Translations under genes and position numbers: made by a program
Assembly: GCA_965240325.2 (NCBI GenBank)
Contig: OZ251224.1
Span: 3,782,001-3,846,000 of the forward strand
Direction of reading: 5' to 3'
DNA: 64,000 nt
Source of the DNA: Rebecca billardiae RCC1528
Taxonomy: Eukaryota; Protista; Haptophyta
Notes under the pieces: model-generated
Database searches by the model: none
The model's input: the letters and a program-made list of their open reading frames with translations, nothing else
What the model was told of the DNA's origin: nothing
Part shown: positions 45,684 to 55,936 of the stretch, in pieces
Position numbering within the stretch: the stretch's first letter is position 1
How the letters are laid out: every line of letters starts with the position of its first letter

Positions 45684-48600
45684 TCATTGATGTGGGGCAT
45701 CATCAGGTGGTGCTGCCAGTGCCCGCCGACTGAAGCGCGAGTGCTGAGTAGTCGTGCGGCGGTGGCGAGCCGACTGAAGCAGCGCGTCGAGAAGCGCGCG
45801 CCCGACCCGCGGCGCCGGTGGTGCGGCGAGGCACTCCGGCTCGACGCCGGCCACGCACTGCCGCGCGGCAATCAGCCCGGCAATGCCCGCCCCGCGGGCC
45901 CCGCCGCCAGCCCGCGAGTCCTCGCTCGCCCCGCCCTCACTGGAGTCCGGGCCAGAGTCCGGGTCGAAGACGTCAAGGTTGCGCCGCGCGAGCTCGTAGA
46001 CTGCCGGGAGTCGGGACGAGAGCTGCGCGCGCATGGCGGGCAGAGCGCGGACGAAGCGGACGAGCGCGGCGCGCAGCGCGCCCGGCGTGGTGAAGTTGCG
46101 GATCAAGTGCTCCTCCGCGCGCCCCGCCCCGTACAGGTCCGCCGCGAGCTCGACGAACTTGGCCTGGCTCGCCAGCGCCAGCCCCGGCGTGCCGCGCGCC
46201 GCGCACAGCACGAGCAGGTGCATGAACCCGGACAGCACGCCGTCGAGGTGGCCGAGGAGCGCCGAGCTCTGGATCGGCTCGTAGTGCGCTCCTCTGCAGA
46301 AGAGGCGCACGCGCACGCGCGGGCACCGCCTCGCCAGGTGTGCGCGCACATCCGCCAGGTAGTGCGACTCGCTCGCGTACCCACGGCCGCCGCGGGTGCG
46401 CGGCGCCGGCATGCGGAAGGGCCGCTGGTCGTGCGCGAGCAGTAGGTAGCTGACGCCCTCGCCGTCGGGCCGGGCGCTCAGCGTACTCGCGGCGGCGCAG
46501 AGCTCGGATGCGAAGAGCGCCGCGAGGGCAGGGAGCTCCGCCGCCGCCGCCGCCGCGTCGTACAGGTACAAGTTGACGCCGAGCACCGCGCCGCGCCCTG
46601 CACCCCGCGCGCTCGCGGCGGCACGCGCATCCGCGAGCCACGCCGCGTCCGCGGGCGGCGGTCCGCGCGGGTCTGGGCGGATGAGGAAGGCCATGTCAAA
46701 GACATGCCGCACGCGCGCGCGCGCCGAGGCGCGCGGCGCGACGAGCGCGCGCGCCGCTGCGGCCGCCGGCGCGGCCGGGCTCGCGCTGTCGCACGCGCCG
46801 CACTCCGCCCGCGCCGCGCGGCGGGTGAGGTCCGCCACCACGGCGCACGAGGAGATGGCGCGCGGCCGCAGGCACGCGCTCGACGGGTAGTGGCCGATGA
46901 GCTGCGCTCGGCCGGGCACGGGCGTGTAGGAGAAGGCCACGACGGTGAAGGGGACGCCGTGCGTGGCGGCCTCGCGCGCCCAGGCCCGCCAGCGCGGCTC
47001 TCGCGCCGAGTCATAACGGCCGTCGATCACGTCGGTCGCCAGGATGAAGAGGGCGCCGATCGTGCGCCACTGCGCGGCGGGCACCGCGCGGGACGAGCTG
47101 GCCGGCGGGCCCACGGTGCGCAGGCCGAGGGGCAGCGGCGGAGTGAGGCTGCCTCTCTTGATGTCGCACCGCCAGCAGAGCAGCTCAGCACGCGGGCAGC
47201 GCGCACGCAGCTCTTGCGCCAGCGCCCACACGACCGCGTGGTCGCCCACGGAGAACCACGGGCCGTCCCAAACGGTCGGCAGCCCGATGCCAAGCGCGCC
47301 CCGCGCGCAGAGCGCGCCGCCGGGCGGCGGGTCGGGCGGCATTGGCACCGGCGGCAGTCCTGCCGCGGACGACGCTCGCGCCAGCGCCCGCGTGCCCGCC
47401 GACGCCGAGCTGTTGGCCGCCGGTGGCGGCGCAGCGCACATTCCGCCGATGTTGTCGCCGGGCGCGGAGCCAGCCGCTCTCGGCGCCGCCAACGCCGCTC
47501 TCGCCGCCGCCGGCGCTTCCGCCACCGCCGCCTCCACCAGTGTCGGCGAGGCCTCTGCGCTGCCGCCCGCTGTCGGTGCCGGCTGCACGACCGGCCAGAC
47601 AGCCGCCTCCGGGAAGAGCACCTCGCGAAGCGGCTTGCGCGGCGAGGTGGCGACGTCGAGCTCGGCGGGGAGATGCCCGACCGCGACGAGCATCGTGATC
47701 AGGTCGCCCTCCGGGATGCCCACCTCGCGGCGGAGATCGCGATCTCGCTGCGGCGGCACGTCCCAGTTGAGCGGACACGCGCCCAGCCCGACCGAGTGCA
47801 GCGCGAGCAGCACAGACTGCGCGAACATGCCGCCGTCGATCCAGCCCTGGTACCGCTCCGTGGGCATCAGCATGTAGTGCTCGACCGACGCGGCCAGGAC
47901 CAGCACCACCGGCGCCGTGTGCCCGAACCCGCGGTTCCCGCTCTGGTGCCGCAGCGCCGCCGCACGCGCCGCCGCGCTGCTCAGGTAGTACACACGCGCA
48001 CCCTGCCGGTTGCACACGGACGGCGACGCCTCGATTGCGCGGCGCACCGCCTCGACGATGAGGCCGGGCTCGACGGGGGCGTGCGCGTCGAACTGGCGGA
48101 TCGAGTGCCGCGATGCGAAGAAGGGCGCCAGGTCCACGCCGGCCGATGGAAGCGCCGACTCGCCGCCGCTGCCGTCACCGCTGCCGCCGCTCGCGCCCGC
48201 GCCGGCGTCTGCGTCCGGCGGGAGCGGCGGCAGCCGGCCGACGGCGCGGTGGACGTCCTCGCGGCGCACACGGCGCGCGCCGCCTGGTGGGAACGCCGAA
48301 GCAAACGCCTCCGACCCCCAGTCCTGCGCCCGCCTCTCCCACGACCGCAGCAGCTTCGCCGCCTTTGGCGGGACAGCCGCGCCCCGCGCCTTGTGCGCGT
48401 GCGCATATGAGGTCAGTGCGTCGCGGACGCTGAGCAGGACTGCGACGTCAGTCCGCCGGAGCTTTCCGGTGCTGCTGCCGGCGCGGGCGAGCAAGGCACC
48501 GGCGGCCGTTTGCATCTTGTCCAGCGCGCCCGAGCGCACGCCAAACCCGAGCTTCATGTCCGGCATGCTCAGCCCTTTCTCAATGTCGTGCTGCCAGCGG

Positions 48601-49133
48601 CGCAGCCATGCGCGCAGCATCGCTGGCGTCTGCAGATGCACGGGGGGGGGCGTCGTGGGCGCGTACGCGTCGTAGCGTGCGCGGTCAAATTCGAACAGGG
48701 CGGCGGTGGGGCTGAGCGCGCCTGTGCCTTGCGCCGTGCCCGTGCTCGCGCTCAGCGCAGGGCCGCTGCCCCTCCTCCCGGCGACACGCGACGCGTTGAG
48801 ACGCGCGGCGAGCAGCTCGCGCGCCTCGCGCTGCTGCGCGTCCCACTCGGCGTAGCTGAGCAGGCCGAGCGAGCCAGTGCGATAGGCGCGAGTGTACTCG
48901 GCAATGCGCGCAGCGCTCGACGCGTCCGGATCGTCTGCTGCCGTGCCCGTCCACACGCCGCGCGGGCGGTACGGGCCGAGCCCGCACGGACTTGGTGGCG
49001 GTGGCGGCACGGCCGCCGCGAGCCGACGGGTGGTGCCGGAAGTGGGCGGCAGTGAGAGAGCGGGCAGGAGCCGGACGAGCAGCAGGGTCAACGCCGAGCC
49101 AAACAGCGTGCCGCCGCCGAACGCTGCATACAT
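45684..49133 (-). CDS. Membrane-anchored fusion of a nitroreductase-family domain and a polysaccharide pyruvyltransferase (WcaK/CsaB-like) domain
   Basis: N-terminal hydrophobic anchor. Nitroreductase motifs HDIEKGLS..GFG, SRHSIRQF, SPSVCNRQ, IDGGMFAQSVLLALHSVGLGACPLNW, VAVGH. Pyruvyltransferase-like motifs SVGDHAV, TDVIDGRY, DMAFLIRP, LAHDQR, SGFMHL...GTP...SQAKF. Start could be 49196. Confidence 0.8.
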   Translation of the reverse strand: MYAAFGGGTLFGSALTLLLVRLLPALSLPPTSGTTRRLAAAVPPPPPSPCGLGPYRPRGVWTGTAADDPDASSAARIAEYTRAYRTGSLGLLSYAEWDAQQREARELLAARLNASRVAGRRGSGPALSASTGTAQGTGALSPTAALFEFDRARYDAYAPTTPPPVHLQTPAMLRAWLRRWQHDIEKGLSMPDMKLGFGVRSGALDKMQTAAGALLARAGSSTGKLRRTDVAVLLSVRDALTSYAHAHKARGAAVPPKAAKLLRSWERRAQDWGSEAFASAFPPGGARRVRREDVHRAVGRLPPLPPDADAGAGASGGSGDGSGGESALPSAGVDLAPFFASRHSIRQFDAHAPVEPGLIVEAVRRAIEASPSVCNRQGARVYYLSSAAARAAALRHQSGNRGFGHTAPVVLVLAASVEHYMLMPTERYQGWIDGGMFAQSVLLALHSVGLGACPLNWDVPPQRDRDLRREVGIPEGDLITMLVAVGHLPAELDVATSPRKPLREVLFPEAAVWPVVQPAPTAGGSAEASPTLVEAAVAEAPAAARAALAAPRAAGSAPGDNIGGMCAAPPPAANSSASAGTRALARASSAAGLPPVPMPPDPPPGGALCARGALGIGLPTVWDGPWFSVGDHAVVWALAQELRARCPRAELLCWRCDIKRGSLTPPLPLGLRTVGPPASSSRAVPAAQWRTIGALFILATDVIDGRYDSAREPRWRAWAREAATHGVPFTVVAFSYTPVPGRAQLIGHYPSSACLRPRAISSCAVVADLTRRAARAECGACDSASPAAPAAAAARALVAPRASARARVRHVFDMAFLIRPDPRGPPPADAAWLADARAAASARGAGRGAVLGVNLYLYDAAAAAAELPALAALFASELCAAASTLSARPDGEGVSYLLLAHDQRPFRMPAPRTRGGRGYASESHYLADVRAHLARRCPRVRVRLFCRGAHYEPIQSSALLGHLDGVLSGFMHLLVLCAARGTPGLALASQAKFVELAADLYGAGRAEEHLIRNFTTPGALRAALVRFVRALPAMRAQLSSRLPAVYELARRNLDVFDPDSGPDSSEGGASEDSRAGGGARGAGIAGLIAARQCVAGVEPECLAAPPAPRVGRALLDALLQSARHRRTTTQHSRFSRRALAAPPDDAPHQ

Positions 49134-50734
49134 CGCAGCACGCCGCGGGCGCGGCGGCGCGCTCGCCTCCCTGAGGCGTGATGTGAGCATCGTCATCGAT
49201 GCTGCTCGAGTTGACAGCACACCGTGCGCAGTGATGGACGCCACGCGCACACCCGGAAGGTTCTGCCAATATGAGATTCACGGGCCGCGCAGGGATCGGC
49301 TAGTGGCTGGCCCTCTGCCCACACTGGGGCGCCCTAGGGGGTGCCCAGTCTGCCGACTCGGCTCAAACTCGATGATCTCGAATTGCAAGGCAGTGCACTG
49401 CTGGTACCTGGGACCACCCCACAGTGTTGGGCTTGTATGCTGTCGGCAATGGCATACCCCCGCCCCCTCTGGAGGCGGGCTGTCCACAGCGGAGTGGTGT
49501 CAAGGCACTCGGTGTATCGGTCAGTGGTTTGAGGTTGGGTGAGGGTGGTGGTTGGTTGGGGGCTGGCCAGGGTAGGGCTGGAGGCTTCGGCCGCCAGTCT
49601 GATCACCCGGAGCCCGTTATAAATGGGAATTTAAAAACAGCTCAGCAGCAGGCGACGAGATTACTAAAGTAGTATTGGCTGTGTGCGTCTCTTATTCGTA
49701 GTAAACTGTATTACAGTTTACCCATATACTAAGATAAGAGACGCACATGTACCCCCATACAGCTCGGGCTCGTGTCGAGTGAGGTGTCAGCTGCTGGGCT
49801 CCGACGACGGCTCCGCTACTCGCGCGAGACGCTCTCCGCCAATAAGCGCGATACCGGCCCGCCCACCCCGCGTTGAAGCGCGCTGGTGCACGAGCTCGCA
49901 TGTTGAGCGCCATGGACGCTCTACGTAGGGCATCGGCTCGCTCGCTCGCGCCTGTGGTGCCGCGCGCGCACGCGCGCGCGCATGCTCACAGCTCAAGAGC
50001 CGCCGCCCGACAGGGCACATGCACGCACGCGAGAGCACTACCTTGATGCTGACGAGCGTGGTGGCTCGCATCTCGCAAGATGAGACGATTCCGATGCTTG
50101 CTTTCACCGCCTTGGAGCCCTCTCGCGCGTGGCCACCACAAGCGCCCGCGTGCGCACGCAGCGAGCAGCGCAGCGAAACTCGACGCGTGTGCTCTTTGCG
50201 CGCTGCCATCCATCTCCCGACGCAGAGGGCTCGAGCCTGTGCGTGCGCCTTGCCCTGCAGATATGCGCATGCGCGCTGAACAGATCCTTGGGGGCGCCGA
50301 GCAGTCTACGCCCACGCCGCCGACTGATGAGGGCGGTGCAGGTTGGGCGAGCAGCTTGAGAGTTGGCCTCGCGCCGCCGCTGCAGAGCCCAAGTCTCCTG
50401 GGCGGCAGCCCTGGCGGCTCTGGGGGCGCGCACGGCGCGCGCTCGTGCGGTCGTGGATGCGGCCGTGGAGGTCGAAGCCGCATCTGCGTAGCCGCGAGAG
50501 AGCGCGCGGCGCCCTCTCACGCGGCGCGCCTCGCTCGCGTCACGTTCGCCTCGTCTCAGGCCAGCGCGTACGCGCACGCGTGCGCGAGCGCCAGCCGTGC
50601 GCGCAGCCAACTGTCATCAGCTCGCGCGGGCGCGGGCCTGTATCATCATATTGCGGTCCGCGCCGCCAACCCGCCGCCGAGCCCCGCCTCAGCCGCCCTC
50701 AGGCCCGCGCGACGAAATCCAGGCGGTGATCGAA

Positions 50735-52301
50735 TTATGGCCCGCGGTGCAGGGCGGAGCGCGCAGCGTGGAGCCCGCACCAGCGGGCCCGAACCACGTT
50801 TCAAAAAGATCTTTGATCAAAGAAAAAAGGGACGGGGGACGATTTTCAGGGCTGGAGGAGACCGAGTTTCGAATTTTGAGACTCCCTTACAGGTGCATCC
50901 TCGTCGAAAAAGGGCGCGTCCGCCGTCTTGAATAGTGAACAGAGGAATCAACGAAACCCGCGCCCAAGTGTGCGAGGCAGGGTAATTGTGGGTAGACTCT
51001 CCTTAATGTAGTGTGACCATAGTAAAATAATATGGCCTCGCCGCTGCAAGATGCCAAGAACGACCGTTGACATAATCGTCCAACCAACTCCAATAGTGCG
51101 AGAGATTGAAAATACCCGCCGCAGCTATCCGCTGGAGTCGTCGCCTCGCCGCCTCGGCCAAGGACTGCCAGCACAGCCGAACGAAAGCGAACGGAGGCCG
51201 AGGGGCGGCCCGCTGCGGCAGCGCACGATCGTTCAATCCGACGGACTCAGCGCAGGTGCGCGCTGCTGCGGCGGGTATCCCGACGGTCGTCAGCGTCGCT
51301 TTCGTGCCCGCTCACCCCGCGCGCCCCGCCCTGCCGATCCCTCTTCGGCCCAGTCAGTGCGGTTTCCAACCGAGCACCGGACCGCGGACACGAATCGATG
51401 TCGACGCTCGCGCGCGGAGAGCAGTCGGCGACGGTACGAGGAGGAGACCGCGGGGCATCCTAACGCGTGAATCCATGCGCGCGCCCGCGCGCGCCACGCC
51501 GCACGCCGCGCAGCTGAACTCTCGGCATGTTCAAGCGCGGGCGGTCGCGAGGACGTCGCGGTTCAGCCGCGTCAGTCTCGCCGAGCCTGATCTGCAGTGC
51601 GGAGCCTTCGCCTGATCCAGTCGGCGTGGTGCGAGCGGGTAGTCTTGGACGTTTTGTCGGGATGTGGAGCAGCCACCACGGCCATCTCGCTCGCCCAAGC
51701 CCTCGCTCGCGCCGTCCATGGCCGAGCTGTGATGGCTCATCCGCGTGCGGCGTGCTGACTGACTGGAGCCTCTGGCTGGACATGATTGATGCAGCGGCGC
51801 GGCAAGCAGCGCGCGCAGATCTGCGGGCGACGAGACTGGGCGAGTCCGAGTCGCAGCACGAGCTGGACCACGCGCACATCCTTTTTGCTCTCGTCCGCCG
51901 CATCCGAGCTGTCTCGAGTCTCGACGGCTTGACTGGCGCATGGGCGGGCGTTTCGCGCGCGAGCTCGGAGCTCGGACTGCGCGCTGACCGTGAGCGGCGG
52001 CTCTCACTCACTCAGTGACTGAGAGCCAGCTCTGGCGCTGATGGGCACGACGGATGCCTGACTGCCTGACACGAGAGCCACAGGCTGATCTGCGAGCGGC
52101 GAGTCCGCGCGACGATGGCGAGGTTAGTGGCCGATATGCGACTCCGGGGCGACGCCGCCGGCTGTGTGAGTGTCCGTGGTGGTCGGACGGAGCGGGTGGC
52201 ACACCGCACAGACTGTCAGACGGCCGGCACAGACAGACTCTGCACCGCGGGCCCCCAACTACGTTGGTTCTGACGGAAGAGGACCGCGGAACGCGGTCAT
52301 A
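50735..52301 (+). mobile_element. Helentron/DINE-like element, copy 3
   Basis: Left subTIR 50739-50751; left block nearly identical to copy 2. Right subTIR 52241-52253. Hairpin 52282-52298. Confidence 0.72.
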
Positions 52302-52631
52302 ATCCGATGACGATGATTACATACTAAGTAAGACTACACTACAAGTGTCATAGTTACATATATATATATATATATATATGCCCGCGCCCCGCCCTGATCA
52401 GACAGTAAGACAGTTGGCTGCTGTCGTGGTATAACCGCGAATCGTCTCGGTCAGCATGTGGCCATGTGGACCGGGACGTGATGACGAGCTGATGGCATGT
52501 ATGTCCTAAGTAGATACAGGTCAGCGCGCGCCGCAGGCCGAGGCCGCCGAGGGTCCGCTCGCTGATGGGCCTGATGGCAGGAGCAGACTGTCTGGTCGCG
52601 CGCGGCTCGGCAGCTGCTCGGCAACACGGCC

Positions 52632-55600
52632 TCAACGTTCAGCAGCATGCGTCGCCGACTCTGACACCGCCGCGTGCTCCTCGTCCACGTACATGAGCCT
52701 CGCCGTGCCGAGCAGCTGCTCGGGCAGCTCATCGGCGGTCGTGCCCTCGAGCAGCAAGGCGAGGTCGACGACGAGCGCGCGCGCCGCGCCCTTGACGATG
52801 CGGAGCACGCCCGTCGCGACGGACGACGAGCCCACGTCGATGTCCACCTCGACGTACTGCCCGGGGCTCGTGTGGTACGTCGTGTGCAGCGCGCGGCCGA
52901 TGATGGCGGGCGTCTTGCCCACCGCGCGCCGCACCATCCAGTTGCCCTCCTCGATGCTGGGGATCAGCTTGAAGATCTCGTTGCGCTCCTCGTCCGCGCT
53001 GCACGCAAACTTCTCGAGCCGCGCGAGCAGCGCCGGGTCCGACGGGTTGGCGCGGTCCACCGAGAAGTAGAGCACGAGCGAGAGGCACGGCGAGCCCGGC
53101 AGCTGGAAGTTCACGATCAGCTGGTAGTTGCTCGGCGCTTCGAGCCGCGCGGCGCAGCCGTCTCGCTGCGCCACGTGCTCAAGCGGGTGCGCCGAGCGCA
53201 GCAGGTCGACCGCGCTGAGCTGCATCATCGCGCCGGTCGCGGGCACCTTGACGCGGTCGTCGAGGTACGTCGCGCCGCGCAGCTTGAACGTCTGTGGCTC
53301 GGGCTCGTCCCAGCAGTTCTCGTCGTCGGCGTGGCGCGCGCGCCGCAGCGTGCCCGCGCGCTCGATGACCGACGCCGGCAGCGACGACGGCGCGCGGCGC
53401 GCGGCGAGCGCGCTCGTGCGCGCGGACGTGCGCGTGGAAGTGTTGCGCAGCAGCGGCGACGCGGCGCTCAGGGCGGCGGGGAGGTGCGGGGACGGCGGCA
53501 TCGTGCGATCCGACGGCGCCGCGCCCGCGCCCGCCGCCGCCGCGCGCGGCGACCCCGCCGCCTCCGCGCCGCCACCCTCAGCCACGCCCGCCGGCTCCGG
53601 CTCGGCGGACGCGAGCGCCAGTCCGCGCGCGAGCGAGACGCCGATCTCGCTCTCGAGCGGCTCGTCGTCGTGTGCGTACTCGAGCTGCTGCTGCTCGGCG
53701 TAGTAGCGCAGCCCGCGCAGGTTCGCCACGGCGAACCGCTGGTACCGCCGGCGCAGCAGCGCGTTCGCGCCGATCCAGCCGTGCGGGTGCAGGTCCAGCA
53801 CGTGGGAGACAACGCAGTGCGCGCCCGCGCCGCACGGCGCGCCGCCGGGCGCGCCGCCGGCGGCGTCCGCGGCGGCTGCGCCGTCCTCGACGCGGCGCTT
53901 GGCCGGGCGGATGGTGATCGCCGAGCCGCGCACCTCCGCGCGCACCGCGTCGCCCACGAGCGGGCAGCAGCGGTGCGTCGTCGAGAGCGAGACGACCGTG
54001 TACGAGCCCTCCGCCTCGCGGCGCCAGTAGCGCAGGAGACAAGCGTCGCGCCGCTGCGCCAGCAAGGGACCGAACACGAGGGTGGGGAAGCGGGTGTACA
54101 CGACGTCGGAGTGGCGGTCGAGCGAGTCGACGACGACGCCGCCGTCGTACGCGATGTCCCACTCGTACCGCGCCGGACCGAGCCCCATCACCATGTTGAA
54201 GACGTCCTCGGGAGAGGCGCGCACGGCGGTGGTCGCGCGCACGCAGCCGGTGCGCGCAGCGTCGTGGCACGGCCGCAGCGGCAGCAGCGCGCTGCAGAGG
54301 AGGCTGGCCGGAAGGCCGATGAGCAGGGCGAGGAGCGCGGCGGACAGCCCCGTCGTCGGGCCCCACACCGCGCACACCACCGCGACGCACGCGACGGCGA
54401 GCGCGAGCACGCCAGACGCCGCCGCCTCCGCCAGGCCCGCGCCGCCACCCAGCACGCCCAGCACGCGCCGCCGAAGGAGCCCTCCGCCAGCCACTCCGCC
54501 AGCCACGCGCTCGCCGCCGAGGAGGCTGCCGATGCCGCCGCCCTGCTCCTCGTAGAAGAGGCGCACGCCGTCGCTCACCTCGTCCAGCCGCCACCGCTCG
54601 CTCGAGCCATCCGGCGCCTCCAGCACCGGCTCTGGCAGCGCGCTGTGCGCAGGTGGCACGTCGCCGCACGAAGGCGCGCGCCCGCTCACGGCCAACGAGC
54701 GCGCGCCCCCGCCTCCCGCCTGCGCGCAGGCCAACGCAGCGCGCGGCGCGTGCGCGGACGCGGCGGTGGCGGAGGCCGTCGGGAGCGCGCCCAGGCCCGC
54801 GCCCATCGGGGGCGTGGCCGGCGGTGCACCGCCGATGGCGCCACCGAGGCTGCCAGGTCCCGCTCCACCCGCCGCGCCGCCACCGCAGCGGCTCGATGCG
54901 CTGGCTGAGCCGCTCGCGCCCGCGCCGGCCCCCATCGCCTTGGCCGCGCCGGCGGCGGTGGCGGACGCGGACGCGGCGGCGGCCAGGGTGACGGGCGGGG
55001 GAGGCGGCACGCACCCGTGCGCGAGGTCGTCCAGCGTGGCCGAGCTCTCGAGCAGCAGCCGCAGCACGCGCACCCACTCGTCGCGGTTCGGTTTGTCCGC
55101 GCACGCAAGCATCACAAGGGTCGCGCCCGAGCCCGCGACGAGGGAGAAGGGGTGGATGGTGCCGTGGCCGTGCTCGCGCTCGGTCTTGCGGTCGCGCAGC
55201 GCGTCGAGCGGGACCACGCTCACCCCGCGGCCGCCGAGCGCGATGGTGCTCTCCTCGTTGTGCTTCACAAACGTGAGGCTGAGCTCGTCGCCCTGCCCCT
55301 TGAGCACCACCGGCCGGCGCTTCCACAGGTGCAGGTAGGTCGAGCGCTTGAGCACGACGCCTGAGAGGTGGGTGCCGCCGGATGGGCTCACGTGCACGGT
55401 GAGGGCGCCGGTCGGCTCGATGATCTCGGAAGCCACTGACTCTGCGCGGCTCCTGCCGCCCGCGGTCGCTGGCGCGTCCGCGGCGGGCGCGGATGCGGCG
55501 CCCGGGCCGTGGCCGCCCCGAGCGGCGGCGAGCAGCGCGGAGGCAGCCGCACTGGCGGCGGCGGCAGCAGCGCGCGTGGGGCTCGGCGTGGCGCTCGAAC

Positions 55601-55655
55601 CGTCGCCCAGCGGACCGTTCGCCGACGGCGCCGTCGCTGTCGGAGACGGAGCCAT
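52632..55655 (-). CDS. EDR2-like lipid-binding protein (PH + START + DUF1336)
   Basis: PH (SGVVLKRSTYLHLWKRR...NRDEWVRVL). START (RYEWD...VVDSLDRHSDVVY...RDACLLRYWRREAEGSY...VRAEV). DUF1336/EDR2-C (FKLRGATYLDDRVKVPA, VNFQLPG, FKLIPSIEEGNWMVRRAVG, YVEVDIDVGSS, ELPEQLLG). Confidence 0.9.
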   Translation of the reverse strand: MAPSPTATAPSANGPLGDGSSATPSPTRAAAAAASAAASALLAAARGGHGPGAASAPAADAPATAGGRSRAESVASEIIEPTGALTVHVSPSGGTHLSGVVLKRSTYLHLWKRRPVVLKGQGDELSLTFVKHNEESTIALGGRGVSVVPLDALRDRKTEREHGHGTIHPFSLVAGSGATLVMLACADKPNRDEWVRVLRLLLESSATLDDLAHGCVPPPPPVTLAAAASASATAAGAAKAMGAGAGASGSASASSRCGGGAAGGAGPGSLGGAIGGAPPATPPMGAGLGALPTASATAASAHAPRAALACAQAGGGGARSLAVSGRAPSCGDVPPAHSALPEPVLEAPDGSSERWRLDEVSDGVRLFYEEQGGGIGSLLGGERVAGGVAGGGLLRRRVLGVLGGGAGLAEAAASGVLALAVACVAVVCAVWGPTTGLSAALLALLIGLPASLLCSALLPLRPCHDAARTGCVRATTAVRASPEDVFNMVMGLGPARYEWDIAYDGGVVVDSLDRHSDVVYTRFPTLVFGPLLAQRRDACLLRYWRREAEGSYTVVSLSTTHRCCPLVGDAVRAEVRGSAITIRPAKRRVEDGAAAADAAGGAPGGAPCGAGAHCVVSHVLDLHPHGWIGANALLRRRYQRFAVANLRGLRYYAEQQQLEYAHDDEPLESEIGVSLARGLALASAEPEPAGVAEGGGAEAAGSPRAAAAGAGAAPSDRTMPPSPHLPAALSAASPLLRNTSTRTSARTSALAARRAPSSLPASVIERAGTLRRARHADDENCWDEPEPQTFKLRGATYLDDRVKVPATGAMMQLSAVDLLRSAHPLEHVAQRDGCAARLEAPSNYQLIVNFQLPGSPCLSLVLYFSVDRANPSDPALLARLEKFACSADEERNEIFKLIPSIEEGNWMVRRAVGKTPAIIGRALHTTYHTSPGQYVEVDIDVGSSSVATGVLRIVKGAARALVVDLALLLEGTTADELPEQLLGTARLMYVDEEHAAVSESATHAAER

Positions 55656-55936
55656 TGATTTCTATGCTTCCGGATATTATGAGCTTCTTCTTTAGTAATA
55701 AGAGATCGGATCTCCCAAACGGAAAGGACAGGCTCGGCGGGAAATCCTCGCTCATTGGCTCACCGATGAGTGGAAATGAGTGACGAGGGCCTATTGGAGC
55801 GATTCTCAAGCGCGCGAGTTCAGAGTGATCGCTAGTCATTGTGGGTACGATGCCTTCCTGGGTGCTTGAACCGTCAGGGTATCGCTCCGCGGTCCTAGCA
55901 TCTTCGCGCATCCCCCGGCCGCCGCTGTGGGCCGCG

